A stretch of DNA of 64,000 nucleotides. Origin: a virus (Duplodnaviria > Caudoviricetes). The notes under the pieces were generated by a model. It was not told where the DNA came from and did not search any database. It saw only the letters and a list, made by a program, of their open reading frames with translations. This document shows, in pieces, positions 1-9,227 of this stretch. The stretch's first letter is position 1, and the number at the start of each line of letters is the position of its first letter. The stretch is taken from positions 25,157 to 89,156 of the IMG/VR virus record IMGVR_UViG_3300032237_000868; one strand, 5' to 3'. The translations under genes were made by a program, and so were the position numbers.

Positions 1-645
1 TGCATTGTTATATTCCGTTGCAACACTAACTAACAAATTACCGTAATCTTTTGTGTTAATTTGTCCTTGATACTCAGCAACTTGTGTGAAACTTTCAATA
101 TCAATTACATGAAACGCACTATAATCTACACCATCTCCACGGGCAACGTCGGCACACACAATATAACTACGACTATAATCTGGATATTCCCAGATCCAAT
201 AGCTTTTATCGATACCACGCATTTCAATAGGATCTTTTACTTTCTCATTTTTATAAAAATCCAATGTAGGAATATCAATTACAGTATTACCAGTTGTTGA
301 AAAATCACAATTATGAGTTATTATATTATCTTCAATTATAAATAAATTTCCATCATTTACATTTACAATATCATATAATGTAATATTATCATTTACTATA
401 TCTTTTGTTTTAATACTTATAACTTGATTATTGACCGTATCAAGAATATCTCCTACATTTAAATGTTCCGCGAATATTTCGACTTGATTTTTTATAAATT
501 TATGCTCTAATGAACATTTAATTTCTTTTCCATTAGATAATACAAATTTTATATATTTTGATTTTTCAATTTTTCTCAGTCCAGAAAAAGATTTATATCC
601 ACTTGGGGTATAAATTTGAAATTTATTTTTTTTTAATGAAATCAT
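1..645 (-). CDS. terL: Terminase large subunit C-terminal half preceded by C-intein fragment (partial, runs off window; missing from ORF track)
   Basis: Manual translation from ATG 645: MISLKKNKFQIYTPSG...IITHN/CDFSTTGNTVID...YIVCADVARGDGVDYSAFHVID (terminase nuclease motif). Confidence 0.93.
   Translation of the reverse strand, partial: MISLKKNKFQIYTPSGYKSFSGLRKIEKSKYIKFVLSNGKEIKCSLEHKFIKNQVEIFAEHLNVGDILDTVNNQVISIKTKDIVNDNITLYDIVNVNDGNLFIIEDNIITHNCDFSTTGNTVIDIPTLDFYKNEKVKDPIEMRGIDKSYWIWEYPDYSRSYIVCADVARGDGVDYSAFHVIDIESFTQVAEYQGQINTKDYGNLLVSVATEYNNA
310..645 (-). other. Split intein C-fragment (112 aa)
   Basis: KCSLEHKF block B-like motif, LYDIVNV block F, terminal HN followed by Cys+1. Confidence 0.9.
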
Positions 646-1385
646 ATTTTTATTCTTATAAACTTACAATTTAATAGTTGTTCTATTTCTTTTTGTCTAT
701 TAATATCTCGAATTTTCAACTGTCCATCATTATCGAAATGTCTTTTTTCATCTATTTCTAATACTACGTTATTAACTGGATCATATGCATCTACATAATA
801 TCCTAATTCTTTTATATAATATTCTCCTCCATTCTCAGCATGTATAAATTTATATCCGCATTTTTTTCCGTATTCTTCTATGAATTTTATTGAGTTTATG
901 TTATATCGTGGAACCACGTTTCCTTTTATCTTTTTTATATAATTTATTGCAGCCAAACGCTGTTTATTTTTTGTTAAATTCGTATGAGATTTACCTTTCC
1001 ATGTAACATGATAAGACGGACACTTTCTACAAAATTTTGTCCATGTATATTTTTTTCCACATTCACATTTGAGATTTTCAATATTGCAATTATATTCGAC
1101 TAAAAATTTTATTCTATACTTAAAATTATAACTACCCTTCCATGTTTTTTGTGATATTAATGTTTTTTCTAATATAGAAGTATGATGATAGATTGATAAA
1201 TATAATATCGGATCTGTTTTAATTAATGTTCTATTTTTTGCTTTTCCATATAACTTTTTATAATAATTATTATGTTTTAATTTTAATATTGTATCTTCTA
1301 AAGAATATCTATCAGTTATAGTTAAAAGATATTTTTTAGTATTATCCCATCCCCGCTTCACTAGAAGACTCACATTCACATTCAT
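642..1385 (-). CDS. Free-standing Vsr-like/PD-(D/E)XK homing endonuclease between terminase halves
   Basis: YYVDAYDPVNNVVLEIDEKRHF motif, CxC/CxxC pairs; ATGA overlap with downstream half. Confidence 0.8.
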   Translation of the reverse strand: MNVNVSLLVKRGWDNTKKYLLTITDRYSLEDTILKLKHNNYYKKLYGKAKNRTLIKTDPILYLSIYHHTSILEKTLISQKTWKGSYNFKYRIKFLVEYNCNIENLKCECGKKYTWTKFCRKCPSYHVTWKGKSHTNLTKNKQRLAAINYIKKIKGNVVPRYNINSIKFIEEYGKKCGYKFIHAENGGEYYIKELGYYVDAYDPVNNVVLEIDEKRHFDNDGQLKIRDINRQKEIEQLLNCKFIRIKI

Positions 1386-2217
1386 GAGAATATATATCGT
1401 AAAATTCTTTTAAAGTAACAAACTTTTCTATATTTTGTTCAGTATCTAAGATTTTTATTTTTGCTTCTCCCCAGAGACAATCACATTCTTGCGCAGAACC
1501 TTTTACACCACTCAACGCTGTTTGTTGATCACGCCATTTTTGATCACGCTCTGGATGCAAATGCCATGGCAATTTAATCGTATGAAAATTATTTTTCTTT
1601 GCTTCTGCATCAACCCATGTATTATGAAAGAAATTACCAACGCCTTTGGGTGTACTTAGTACAATTGCACGGCCACCAGTGCTCAATGTATATTGAGCAG
1701 ACAACCAAATTTCTTCAATATTATCAATAAATGCAGCTTCGTCAATAATTAGCAATGACAATGCTGCACTACGTCCTGCGGTGCCAGCACTACTTTCTGC
1801 TTTGATTGTACTACCATTTTTTAATACAAGAGAAAGCCGATTGTTTTCAACCACTGGTACTTTTAACCAAACTGGCAAATTATCATTTGCAAATCGAACA
1901 CGGGTAACAATTTCCTTACTAGTTTCTTGAGTAATACTAATACAGCGAATGTTTTTATCAGTATGAAACACCATTAACCACAAACTATATGCGGCAACCA
2001 GTGTACTAATACCCATCTGACGACTTTTTAAAATGATGTTAAAATCATTTTCTACCAATCCACTCAATGTTTCTTCTTGAAATGGATACAAATCAAAGTT
2101 AATTGTGCCGCGAATAGGATGTTGAATCTTTACATATTTCTTCATGAAATATATCGGATCAACCAAACACTTCTTATATTCTTCTTTAATTATTTCTTTT
2201 AATGTCTTTTCAGCCAT
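1342..2217 (-). CDS. terL: Terminase large subunit N-terminal ATPase half ending in N-intein fragment
   Basis: LKSRQMGIST Walker A, LLIIDEAAF Walker B, VLSTPKG motif III; ends QECD/CLWGEAKIKI. Confidence 0.95.
   Translation of the reverse strand: MAEKTLKEIIKEEYKKCLVDPIYFMKKYVKIQHPIRGTINFDLYPFQEETLSGLVENDFNIILKSRQMGISTLVAAYSLWLMVFHTDKNIRCISITQETSKEIVTRVRFANDNLPVWLKVPVVENNRLSLVLKNGSTIKAESSAGTAGRSAALSLLIIDEAAFIDNIEEIWLSAQYTLSTGGRAIVLSTPKGVGNFFHNTWVDAEAKKNNFHTIKLPWHLHPERDQKWRDQQTALSGVKGSAQECDCLWGEAKIKILDTEQNIEKFVTLKEFYDIYSHECECESSSEAGMG
1345..1479 (-). other. Split intein N-fragment (45 aa)
   Basis: CLWGEAKIKILD block A start after extein ECD; stop 45 codons later. Confidence 0.85.
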
Positions 2218-2899
2218 TTTGTAATTTCTCCTCGCGTTCCTTTACTTTTTTCAAAGCTAAATCGTTAATATTTGGATCAAGCGCAACGTTGTAATTTAAT
2301 TTATTCAATTCGCTTTCTGCTAAAGTAATACCATCGTTTACTTTCTCTAAATCTGCTCGCAAATCTTTCAACACAACTTCACGTCTATCAGTGTCATCTA
2401 CCCAAATTTCATTACTACCATCTTCATTAAAAAATTGAAGGTCTTTTGTTTTCGGAGTATAATTTTCAAGATAACTAATACTATCAACGACCTTTGATTT
2501 AAAATCTTTCATCATTGATAATTCATTGTTAATCATTTTAAATTTTTCATAGTCATTATAAATGCCACGACTTCTTAAAATGCTTTCAAATTCAATATTG
2601 CATTCATAGCAACGTTGTGTTTTTGGATATATTTTTTGATCAAGATGATTGCCCCATTTCATATCAGCATTGCAAACAACGCATCGTTGTTCAAAAACAT
2701 ATTGTGCTCTTTTACTCAAGCGGTGTTTGTATCCATTCTTTTTTATCCATTTAACACCATTACTATCTTCCCATTCTTCTCCTTCTTTTCGGCTTTGTAA
2801 TGCTACATTTTCATCATAACCTACTTGAATAAAAGGACGTGTCCCGCTAAGATAATCACGTACAATACTTAAATTACTTTTTCCAGATGCTTTTTTCAT
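2210..2899 (-). CDS. Hypothetical phage protein with CxxC pairs
   Basis: 229 aa ORF coupled to terL; CVVC and CYEC. Confidence 0.75.
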   Translation of the reverse strand: MKKASGKSNLSIVRDYLSGTRPFIQVGYDENVALQSRKEGEEWEDSNGVKWIKKNGYKHRLSKRAQYVFEQRCVVCNADMKWGNHLDQKIYPKTQRCYECNIEFESILRSRGIYNDYEKFKMINNELSMMKDFKSKVVDSISYLENYTPKTKDLQFFNEDGSNEIWVDDTDRREVVLKDLRADLEKVNDGITLAESELNKLNYNVALDPNINDLALKKVKEREEKLQNG

Positions 2900-2956
2900 A
2901 AATGAGAATAACCGTTATATTACATATAAAATACCACAGCTAAATTGTTTTTATAT

Positions 2957-3820
2957 TTATTTTTTGGTATATGGTGCAATATAATCTCTAATAATATTAT
3001 ATTGTGTGCCGCCTTTATCAAATTTAACAGTATAAATAAAATCAGTTGTTGCTGTTGCGTTTGATCTATTTAAATTCATAACAGAAGATTTTTTTAAGAT
3101 AATACCTTTTGTTCCAACTGGAACTATTATAGTTTCATTGTCAAGTGCATATATATTACCTGATGCAATTACTTTACTACCAATATCCATGTCTTTTGAT
3201 AATGATATATCAATTTCAAAAATGTTATCTGGATTAAATATACAAACTTGATCTCCATCCAATAATCTTCGTATTGATTTTCCTTTAAACCACACAGCGT
3301 CGTATTTTGATTTTAAATAATTTGTCATTGCAATTGTGGCTCTATATCTCTCTGCACTAATAGCGGCAAGACTTGTATTAGGATTTCCAAATAATTTTTC
3401 TGGAGATTTAGTATCATAATCATATCCATTTTTAATCCACCATTGCATCATGGTTTTATGAGAACCAAAATTAATAGTTTCTAATCTTGGTATATCCGCA
3501 TAATAAATTTTTAATCCGCGTAATGTTCCACCGTTGAATTGTTTTGCAATGTTTTTAACAGTGGTAAAATAAACACCATATCCCAAATGATGAACAGGAG
3601 CAGGCATTCCTGCATAATAATTACTTAATTGATAACCATGTAAAACGTTTCCAGTTCTAGAATCTCCATAAAATATTTTAAATCCATCTTGATTAATTAA
3701 TTTTTGATTTTCAAATGATGTGCCATGATAAATAGGTCCAAAATACTTATTATCAATTGCAGTTTGCAATGATATCTTTCTAACCTTTTCTTCAAATAGC
3801 AATGATGTTAATTTTATCAT
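2957..3820 (-). CDS. Putative ADP-ribosyltransferase-fold protein (H-Y-type), possibly capsid-packaged
   Basis: IYHGT...LGYGVYFTT motif; N-terminus MIKLTSLLFE. Confidence 0.55.
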   Translation of the reverse strand: MIKLTSLLFEEKVRKISLQTAIDNKYFGPIYHGTSFENQKLINQDGFKIFYGDSRTGNVLHGYQLSNYYAGMPAPVHHLGYGVYFTTVKNIAKQFNGGTLRGLKIYYADIPRLETINFGSHKTMMQWWIKNGYDYDTKSPEKLFGNPNTSLAAISAERYRATIAMTNYLKSKYDAVWFKGKSIRRLLDGDQVCIFNPDNIFEIDISLSKDMDIGSKVIASGNIYALDNETIIVPVGTKGIILKKSSVMNLNRSNATATTDFIYTVKFDKGGTQYNIIRDYIAPYTKK

Positions 3821-3828
3821 GTTATATT

Positions 3829-4593
3829 TTATATTTCAAATGTTTCATTAAAAACGGATGGAGCATTATTATATGAAAGTTTCGATTCATCCAATATATT
3901 ATCTGTATATTGCCAATTCCAAAACAATTCATTGGGTGTATTGAATCCATAAAAATTTAATACTTGTTTTTGTGTTTTAACAACATTAACTCCATTCCAA
4001 TTTTGACCCACGGCAATAAAACCTGCGTCAATATCTTTAATAATATTACTTTCTCCTAATGTCGTGTGTCTATTTTCAAGCCAATTTAATCTTTCAATTA
4101 ATTTTTGATAATAACTATTGGCTTGTCCCCATCTAATACTTGCAAAAAATACAACGGCATCGCATTCAAAAAGTTCTTTACTAATTTTCCACAATTCATC
4201 ATTTTTATTATTATAACTACACCAACAACGATGATTTCCAGTTGGATTTTTTTCTTTGTCCTTTAATATAGATTCTTTAGTACCACAATGATTTCCTCCA
4301 AATTGTTTGTTGCTACTAACATTACCTTCACATGGTAAAATATTTAATTTTGGAATATCAATATGAACAATTTTATCACTGCCAAGACTTTCTTTTATTT
4401 TTAATGCCAATTTTGTGCTTTTTGGAACATCTTCTTTATGCTCTATCCATCTGTTACTTGTGGTTAGTAGCAAAGTTTTTTTCTTATTTTTTAAATAATC
4501 CATTGTTTTTAAATATTGACGAGCATAAACATCCATATCAATTTCACTTGATGGAATTTTTGTTTCGTATAGCAAATCGGATAGATTAATCAT
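3829..4593 (-). CDS. Flavodoxin-like NADPH-dependent FMN reductase / iron-sulfur flavoprotein family
   Basis: LLLTTSNR, NILPCEG, CWCS, ECDAVVFFASIRWGQANSYYQKLIERL. Confidence 0.8.
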   Translation of the reverse strand: MINLSDLLYETKIPSSEIDMDVYARQYLKTMDYLKNKKKTLLLTTSNRWIEHKEDVPKSTKLALKIKESLGSDKIVHIDIPKLNILPCEGNVSSNKQFGGNHCGTKESILKDKEKNPTGNHRCWCSYNNKNDELWKISKELFECDAVVFFASIRWGQANSYYQKLIERLNWLENRHTTLGESNIIKDIDAGFIAVGQNWNGVNVVKTQKQVLNFYGFNTPNELFWNWQYTDNILDESKLSYNNAPSVFNETFEI

Positions 4594-5342
4594 ATTTTTT
4601 TAATAAATTGAATTGGTATAGTGTGTTCAACGATAATAGTATATGGCGACATACCTCCCGAACTATCCAATTGAATTTCCATATCTTCTAGTTCTAATTT
4701 ATAACGTATTAAATCCCGCATCAAATATTCTTCAATATCAGGCTCATATGAAAGATCCACGGCAGCTAAACTATTTGCTTGTTTGAATGCATCCATATCA
4801 ATTTCCAAACATACATCTCCATAAGTTCCACTTGCATGTTCTTCAGGATCGACACTTGTGAATATTCCGTGTGAATATCTATTGGTTATCCCGGTACCAC
4901 TACTACCTTGTAATTCTCCACTCTGTTGTATCAATTCCCAATTTTCTTCTGTAGTATAATGATACAGTTTGCCGGGATGTGTTTTCAAATCACTCAATGT
5001 ACCTTCAATCCAACCATTATAAATTGATTCCGCACCATGCCCTAACAATTCTTCCATTTCAGCATCATTTAAATCATAAATCCACTGTTTAATGTCTTTT
5101 ATATACTCAAATGTCTCGTTTTTTGGATCGTAAATAATATATTCTGAATTTTTATTATCTGATAATTTGAAAACAAATTTCAAATATTGTTTTACATCTA
5201 AATTAAATTTATTTTTTAATTTAATGATTTCTTCTTTTGGTAAATCGTATTGATTATAATCAAGATATTCTTGCCAATTGTCGTATAAATCGGCATTAAT
5301 ATCTTCTTCATTTTCAGTTATAAGGTCTTTTAACCAAATCAT
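4590..5342 (-). CDS. Hypothetical protein with possible ART-like C-terminal domain
   Basis: LYHYTT...GIFTS...YGDVCLEID; N-terminus MIWLKDLITE. Confidence 0.45.
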   Translation of the reverse strand: MIWLKDLITENEEDINADLYDNWQEYLDYNQYDLPKEEIIKLKNKFNLDVKQYLKFVFKLSDNKNSEYIIYDPKNETFEYIKDIKQWIYDLNDAEMEELLGHGAESIYNGWIEGTLSDLKTHPGKLYHYTTEENWELIQQSGELQGSSGTGITNRYSHGIFTSVDPEEHASGTYGDVCLEIDMDAFKQANSLAAVDLSYEPDIEEYLMRDLIRYKLELEDMEIQLDSSGGMSPYTIIVEHTIPIQFIKKI

Positions 5343-5362
5343 ATATATAAATATATATTAAA

Positions 5363-5400
5363 CAAAACAAAAACCCTGCTAGATTTCTCTAGCAGGGTTT
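5363..5400 (-). terminator. Intrinsic terminator after tail sheath
   Basis: AAACCCTGCTAG/CTAGCAGGGTTT inverted repeat followed by T-tract on minus strand. Confidence 0.85.
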
Positions 5401-5416
5401 GACTTTTAGGAACTAA

Positions 5417-8400
5417 TTATGCGCCGGGAAACTGAGCACCTGTTGGCAAGATGTTGAAGTCAAGTATGATGAATTCAGCAGTTTTGGCTGGCTGTAGATA
5501 GATTTGGCCGTAAAGAACATTTCTGTCGATCAAATCTGGAGTATTATTTTCAGCATCCATCTTAACTTGGAATGCATACAAACCACTGCGTTGTTGAACG
5601 CTTTCCAAATATGGATTTACAATACTCAAGAAACGGTTTCGTGTTGCCGCAACGTTTTGTTCGAATACCAAGAACTTGCTTGAACTTGCAATAAATTTCT
5701 TTAATGCAATCAACAAACGACGAACATTGATACGATCCAATGCGCTTGGTTTAATTTGAAGCGTTTTTTGACCCCATACACAAATTCCTTGACCCGGAAA
5801 TGCTGCAATCGGATTAACACGACCCTGATACAACACATCACGTTCAGCGTGTGTCAGTCTATCAAGAACTTGAACAGCCTGTGCGATACCACCACGATTC
5901 AAACCTGCTGGAGCAAACCACTCGGCACTCGAATTGTCATTTGCAGCATAAATTGCTGGCATAATAACACTTGGTGGAACGTTGACGATCTTGTTGATGT
6001 TGGTATCCAAAATCTTGATCCAAGGATAATATGTACCAACATAGCTACTATCAATAGTTGATACATCATTTACAGCAGCATCAATCATACCAACACTTTG
6101 ATTGCTCTTGGGAAATATGATGTTATCCATGATATAGAAACAATCTCCGCGAGCTTCGCACATATCAATTATTAATTGTGTAACATAGCTGTGTTGACTA
6201 TGAAAAATCCCCGGAGTTGCAATCATGTTAATGTCAAATTCATCTGCATTGCCAAGAACACCTACAACTTGTTTGTAAGCAATACTACCAGCACTATTGA
6301 TGTTAGTACAATTTAAACCTTGTGTATTGCCTGCGGTAATGTCGCTGCCAACATTGATTGGAATTGCTGGGCTTTGACCGTCAAATCCACCTTGGAAGCC
6401 GATTACGAACTTACGCATTTTAACATAATTTGATTCATTTACAGCATCGTATACAGAAGGAATGCTACCGTTTGTTGCGGCTGGCAACAAACTACCAGTT
6501 GTTGCAATATAAGCAGCACTACCACTGCCCAACGAGTCGCCCAGATCGAAATCAACGTTGTTTCCGTTGCTATCGTTTGAACCTATTGCTGGAATTGGTG
6601 AAAAATATTGCAATGTGTCGTTTGCAACGGTCATGCCAGCACTTGCCGTCGGATACAGTGCAGTCAATTCATCATCAGCACCCAGTGGATTGTCTCCAAA
6701 CACTGTGCCAGATGCATATTTACCCGGTGCTTGACCGTAGATACTTGCTTTGCTGTATTTAACAATTGGAACATAACGTGTGGCCGTGCTGCCGATTGGT
6801 GTTGTGTAGGCTTGGAAACCATACGGCACTGCGCTCACTGGATAAGCAACATCACTCATTTCAATACGAATATATTTGCTCAAGCTGTTATAAGTACCAA
6901 ATTCAATAGTCTTGCCAGCATATGTGATATAGTTATAACGATCACCAATGCGACGTGCAACGAAGTTTGCGCTATCTGGGTCCAAACTCAAATTTTGAAA
7001 GATTTCCAAATATTTAGGCTTCTTTTCAGTGTCGCTGAAATCGCGCACTGCCAACGTGAAACTACCCCAATCACTACCAGCAACTGTGCCAGCCAATTTT
7101 ACATTGCTGATTTCAATTTTGTATTTTTGATTGGTGTAGGTGCCATCTGCCAATGTACGAATTTTAAACAATTGAAATTTGGTTGAATTTGTTGTACTGC
7201 CATCCGCACTCCACGGAGCAATGCCCTGACTTGTTACCCAAGGAGTATATGCGGAGACCAAGCCAAATGCGCTATCACCGGCATTCAAGTTCAATGAATA
7301 TGAATCGGTGAATGTCAATGGATTGCCGGTTGAAAAACTGCTACTTGGTAATACTGCACCACGAATTTGCCAGCCGGTTGTCAAATAATTCGCGGCAACA
7401 CTCTGAACACTGCTACCGAAGAATTTATACAAATAAGCAGCTTCAATCTTGGTTCCCGCAACTTGTTTTGCTGGATTACCAGCAGTTGCATCAGTACCGA
7501 ATACGTTAGTAATATATTTGTTACTTGTTGGATCTAACGAGAAGTCATAGTAACCAACTGTGCTACCGTTACTTGCCAATTTCAATTGGAAATTCAATGC
7601 ACTGACATCAACTGCACCACTATATGGTCCAGTTGAAGCGTTTACCGAATTCAATACACTGCCACTAAATCCAGCAGAAGTGAGTGTCGAATCAATTGTT
7701 GCACGTTGTGTATCTGCGAGAACTGCCAAAATTTGTGGAAGGCGGTTACTCTGCGATATTGGATTACACGGATCACCATAGCTATTGTTACTAGCATTAA
7801 ATGTTCCGGACAGCTTACCAAATGAACCACTGATAATACCATTAACGAACACCTGAACACCGCAAGCATTGGATGATACAAGTGACGCTGTAAATGAACC
7901 GCTGATCAATCTAAGTGTAGTATTACTACTATCAGTAATAATGCCTTTATCGGTATTCACAACAGTCACTGAATTACCAAATGATCCACTAAAACTGCCA
8001 CTTGCTCCAGCAATTTCTGTCAATGCCTGTAACAATTTAGTAGCACCAGAAGCACTTGTACTTGTCTGAATGCTACTTGTTACATATACCGATGAGGCGG
8101 TAAAATTCTGAGGAAATGCAAAAGAAAATTGTTTATTAGAATATAACGCACTACCACTTTGGAAACTTGTAAAAGAACCACTCAGCGCGTCAGCAGCAGC
8201 ACTTTGAAATTTACCGATGAATGATGCTCCACTTAAAACTATCAATGAACCTGTTGCTCCACTACCTGTTGAGTAGCCAAATGTTGCTGTTATATTGTTA
8301 GTATCATACAAAACGTATGAACTAGCACTGACAAATGCACCAGCACTGCCACTGCGTGGCCATGAACCCGGCTCCGCCCAAATCACGAATGGGTTGTTTT

Positions 8401-8704
8401 GATTATAACCCGTCAATGCACCAACACGAACAACGGTTACAAATCCCTTTTCTTTCAAATATTCATTTGCAGTGTATGGTCCATAGTAAACGCCATCAGC
8501 TACACCAAATTTTGCTTCTAAGTCGGCGGTGTTGGTAATTAATGTTGGAGTAAAACCCGGTCCTTGCGGAAACGGAGCAACAATTGCTGCGCCAATGTCT
8601 GCAACGCCTTGAGCAATGCCGCTCAAATCGTTTTCACGGGTAAATACACCGGGACTCACAATTCTATCTACTGGGCTAAATTTTCCACCTTCGGTAATTG
8701 GCAT
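5417..8704 (-). CDS. Contractile tail sheath protein (gp18-like) with large central insertion
   Basis: VSPGVFTRENDLS N-terminus; WFAPAGLNRG, RVNPIAAFPG, WGQKTLQ, DRINVRRL C-terminus. Confidence 0.96.
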   Translation of the reverse strand: MPITEGGKFSPVDRIVSPGVFTRENDLSGIAQGVADIGAAIVAPFPQGPGFTPTLITNTADLEAKFGVADGVYYGPYTANEYLKEKGFVTVVRVGALTGYNQNNPFVIWAEPGSWPRSGSAGAFVSASSYVLYDTNNITATFGYSTGSGATGSLIVLSGASFIGKFQSAAADALSGSFTSFQSGSALYSNKQFSFAFPQNFTASSVYVTSSIQTSTSASGATKLLQALTEIAGASGSFSGSFGNSVTVVNTDKGIITDSSNTTLRLISGSFTASLVSSNACGVQVFVNGIISGSFGKLSGTFNASNNSYGDPCNPISQSNRLPQILAVLADTQRATIDSTLTSAGFSGSVLNSVNASTGPYSGAVDVSALNFQLKLASNGSTVGYYDFSLDPTSNKYITNVFGTDATAGNPAKQVAGTKIEAAYLYKFFGSSVQSVAANYLTTGWQIRGAVLPSSSFSTGNPLTFTDSYSLNLNAGDSAFGLVSAYTPWVTSQGIAPWSADGSTTNSTKFQLFKIRTLADGTYTNQKYKIEISNVKLAGTVAGSDWGSFTLAVRDFSDTEKKPKYLEIFQNLSLDPDSANFVARRIGDRYNYITYAGKTIEFGTYNSLSKYIRIEMSDVAYPVSAVPYGFQAYTTPIGSTATRYVPIVKYSKASIYGQAPGKYASGTVFGDNPLGADDELTALYPTASAGMTVANDTLQYFSPIPAIGSNDSNGNNVDFDLGDSLGSGSAAYIATTGSLLPAATNGSIPSVYDAVNESNYVKMRKFVIGFQGGFDGQSPAIPINVGSDITAGNTQGLNCTNINSAGSIAYKQVVGVLGNADEFDINMIATPGIFHSQHSYVTQLIIDMCEARGDCFYIMDNIIFPKSNQSVGMIDAAVNDVSTIDSSYVGTYYPWIKILDTNINKIVNVPPSVIMPAIYAANDNSSAEWFAPAGLNRGGIAQAVQVLDRLTHAERDVLYQGRVNPIAAFPGQGICVWGQKTLQIKPSALDRINVRRLLIALKKFIASSSKFLVFEQNVAATRNRFLSIVNPYLESVQQRSGLYAFQVKMDAENNTPDLIDRNVLYGQIYLQPAKTAEFIILDFNILPTGAQFPGA

Positions 8705-8738
8705 CGTATTCCTTTTTCTTTTTGTACTGTTTGTACGG

Positions 8739-9090
8739 TTAATATATATTATTTAATTTTCGATAAACAACATTAAATTTGTTTTTTACTGAATCAAATC
8801 TCCAAAAAACAGTTGGAGATAATGATTTAATAATATTTGTTTGTCTAATTAAATCTTTTTCTTGTTGAGTTTTTCTAAAATAATATTTAGAATCAAATTC
8901 TAAAACTACATTTTTTCTTTATCATATCCACCGATATAATATAAAAAATTATCAATTTTAATTTGATAATTTATTTCAAAATTAAATCCTAATAAATTCC
9001 ACTTATTTAAAAGTTCTAATTGTCCTTTATCTGTTCTTACTTTAATCCATTTAGAATGAAATAATTTTTCAATATAATTTTTTCTAATCT
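8739..9090 (-). pseudogene. Decayed Vsr-like homing endonuclease
   Basis: Manual translation: ...YYIGGYDKEK/NVVLEFDSKYY...KDLIRQ, with a frameshift near 8915 and an upstream in-frame TAG. Confidence 0.7.
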
Positions 9091-9227
9091 AAGGAACGTG
9101 CATTGCTTTTTTTACAAAAATACTAGTTTTAAATCTTTCTGCTGGAAATAAATATAAATTTAACATACTTTATAAATATACGTCAAAAATTCAAGATTAT
9201 AATATTTATAGGTTTTTTTATATTTTG

